Below are positions 62,590 through 64,000 of a stretch of 64,000 nucleotides of DNA, piece after piece. Made by a program: the position numbers and the translations under genes. How positions within the stretch are numbered: position 1 is the first letter of the stretch; each line of letters opens with the position of its first letter. Below the pieces are notes generated by a model. The model searched no databases and had not been told where the DNA came from. It worked only from the letters and a program-made list of their open reading frames with translations. This DNA comes from Malacoraja senta (lineage: Eukaryota). The stretch lies in the NCBI GenBank assembly GCA_038087875.1, contig CM075993.1, positions 8,992,001-9,056,000 of the forward strand, given 5' to 3'.

Positions 62590-62868
62590 TGTGAAAACAG
62601 GACCTTTGGCCCACCAAGTCCACACCGATCACCTGTACATTAGCACTGTCCTACATACTAGGGACAATTTTACAATGTACAGAAGCCCCTTAACCTACAA
62701 ACCTGTATGTCTTTGGAGTGTGGGAGGAAACCAGAGCACCCGGAGAATATCTACGCAATCACAAGGAGAACGTACAAATTCAGTACAGACAGCACCCGTA
62801 GTCAGGACTATACTTGGGTCTTTGGTGCTATAAGGCTGCAACTCAACCGCTGTGCCACCATGCCGCCC
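62590..62868 (-). mobile_element. tRNA-derived V-SINE (HE1-like)
   Basis: gtctttggagtgtgggaggaaaccagagcacccggaga core; tgtgccaccatgccgccc head; antisense relative of 19242-19560. Confidence 0.75.
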
Positions 62869-64000
62869 TACAGTGAAGTGCTAGTGTTCAATCTAGTTTG
62901 GAGTTTCAGTTAATTGAGTGAAATCTGCCATTTTTGAAGTGGAGAATTGTCTATATTATATAAAAACTAGAATCAATATAAGCAAACTCCCATAGTTATT
63001 TATTTCTCATTTGCAAGTCTAACCACAGAGATTGAACAAAAAAGAATGAATTGGAGAATGGCATATACATTTATATGTTATGTATATATGATTAAAGTAC
63101 TTTTTTTTGGGAAATATTGTCCGCTTTTAAACCATCTATCAAGATATGCAAATATCTCAACAACATATTCAAATTATTTATTTTTTGTTAAGTGAACAAG
63201 AGTTCTGTCCAGGATTAAATTCCACACTCCAATTTAGTTTTAACTTAATTCTGAACATCTTTCAGATTGAGATTTCATTTCTAGGCATTAAAACAATGGC
63301 TACACTTTGCATTTAACTTTTTTCCCCTAAAAGTTAGCATGACTACCCTTGATTTGGCTGATTTTATGTTTAATTTAATAATAAATAGTGACCGTAGCAA
63401 ATTTGTTACTTGTCTCGTGCAAAAAAATGCAGTGACTCACAATGATTCATCTGCAATACAGAGCCAATTGTGCTAAGGAGGAGTCACATTTCAGTAAAAA
63501 ATATGGAACAATTATTAAAGGACTTATTTGCTTTGAGCTGATAATAAATCAGAATAATAGATAGGTAGGAGAATGTTGCATGGGTTTAGATGATGGTGAG
63601 AACCATGGGAATAACATTTATTTGTTTCATCTGGAACATAGGATTACATTTCAGACTAATTTATTCTTTGATTCGTTTGCATTTTATGTCCCACATAAAG
63701 TTTTTTTAAGTGCTTCATATGGGAATGTCGAGGAGGTAGTTACAAGATTGAGGTGATGTCATGGAGACCTTTGGTCATAATTGCCAGTAGGATCTGAAAG
63801 TATCCACATTATAAAAGGAATCATGTTCTGGGTGTAATGAATGTACTACTGACTGTAAAATGTTGGTGTTTTCAATGGATGTATTTCCAATGAACATCCT
63901 TTCTTCATAGAATTGCAATAATAACCTTATACTTGAACATTATACTATGAAAAGTTATTAATTGATTGATCGTAATGTAATGTCATTGAACACTCATTTG

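Noticed and set aside
61446..64000. Next fibrillin exon (cbEGF40)
   Set aside because: No ag|AT..GAA TG(T/C) exon with six cysteines found; it probably lies beyond the window

Overview
Vertebrate genomic DNA, probably a cartilaginous fish (skate or ray; inferred from HE1-like V-SINEs, HER1/CR1-type LINEs and Penelope-like repeats). The window is the interior of a fibrillin gene on the + strand, best matching FBN1. I mapped 21 phase-1/phase-1 exons with canonical AG/GT ends from 45 to 61445. They encode cbEGF24, TB5, cbEGF25-31, TB6, cbEGF32-36, TB7 and cbEGF37-39, about human FBN1 exons 40-60 in the 65-exon numbering (comparison from memory, no search run). The TB7 exon has one extra T in a homopolymer, which frameshifts the gene as written; this is probably an assembly error. 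Introns are full of transposons. They include a full-length RTE LINE containing a full-length CR1 LINE (tandem 5' monomers, zinc-finger/esterase ORF1) that itself contains another CR1 fragment. Also present: an 800-codon open CR1 ORF2, a Passport-like Tc1 with ~210-bp TIRs, a Penelope-like element with a degenerate minimal hammerhead motif, four non-autonomous Helitron-like copies, and MITEs and SINEs. I found no convincing wholly new biological system. The best leads are the Helitron family, the nested LINEs, inverted repeats around one exon, and the mixed FBN1/FBN2 character of the protein.
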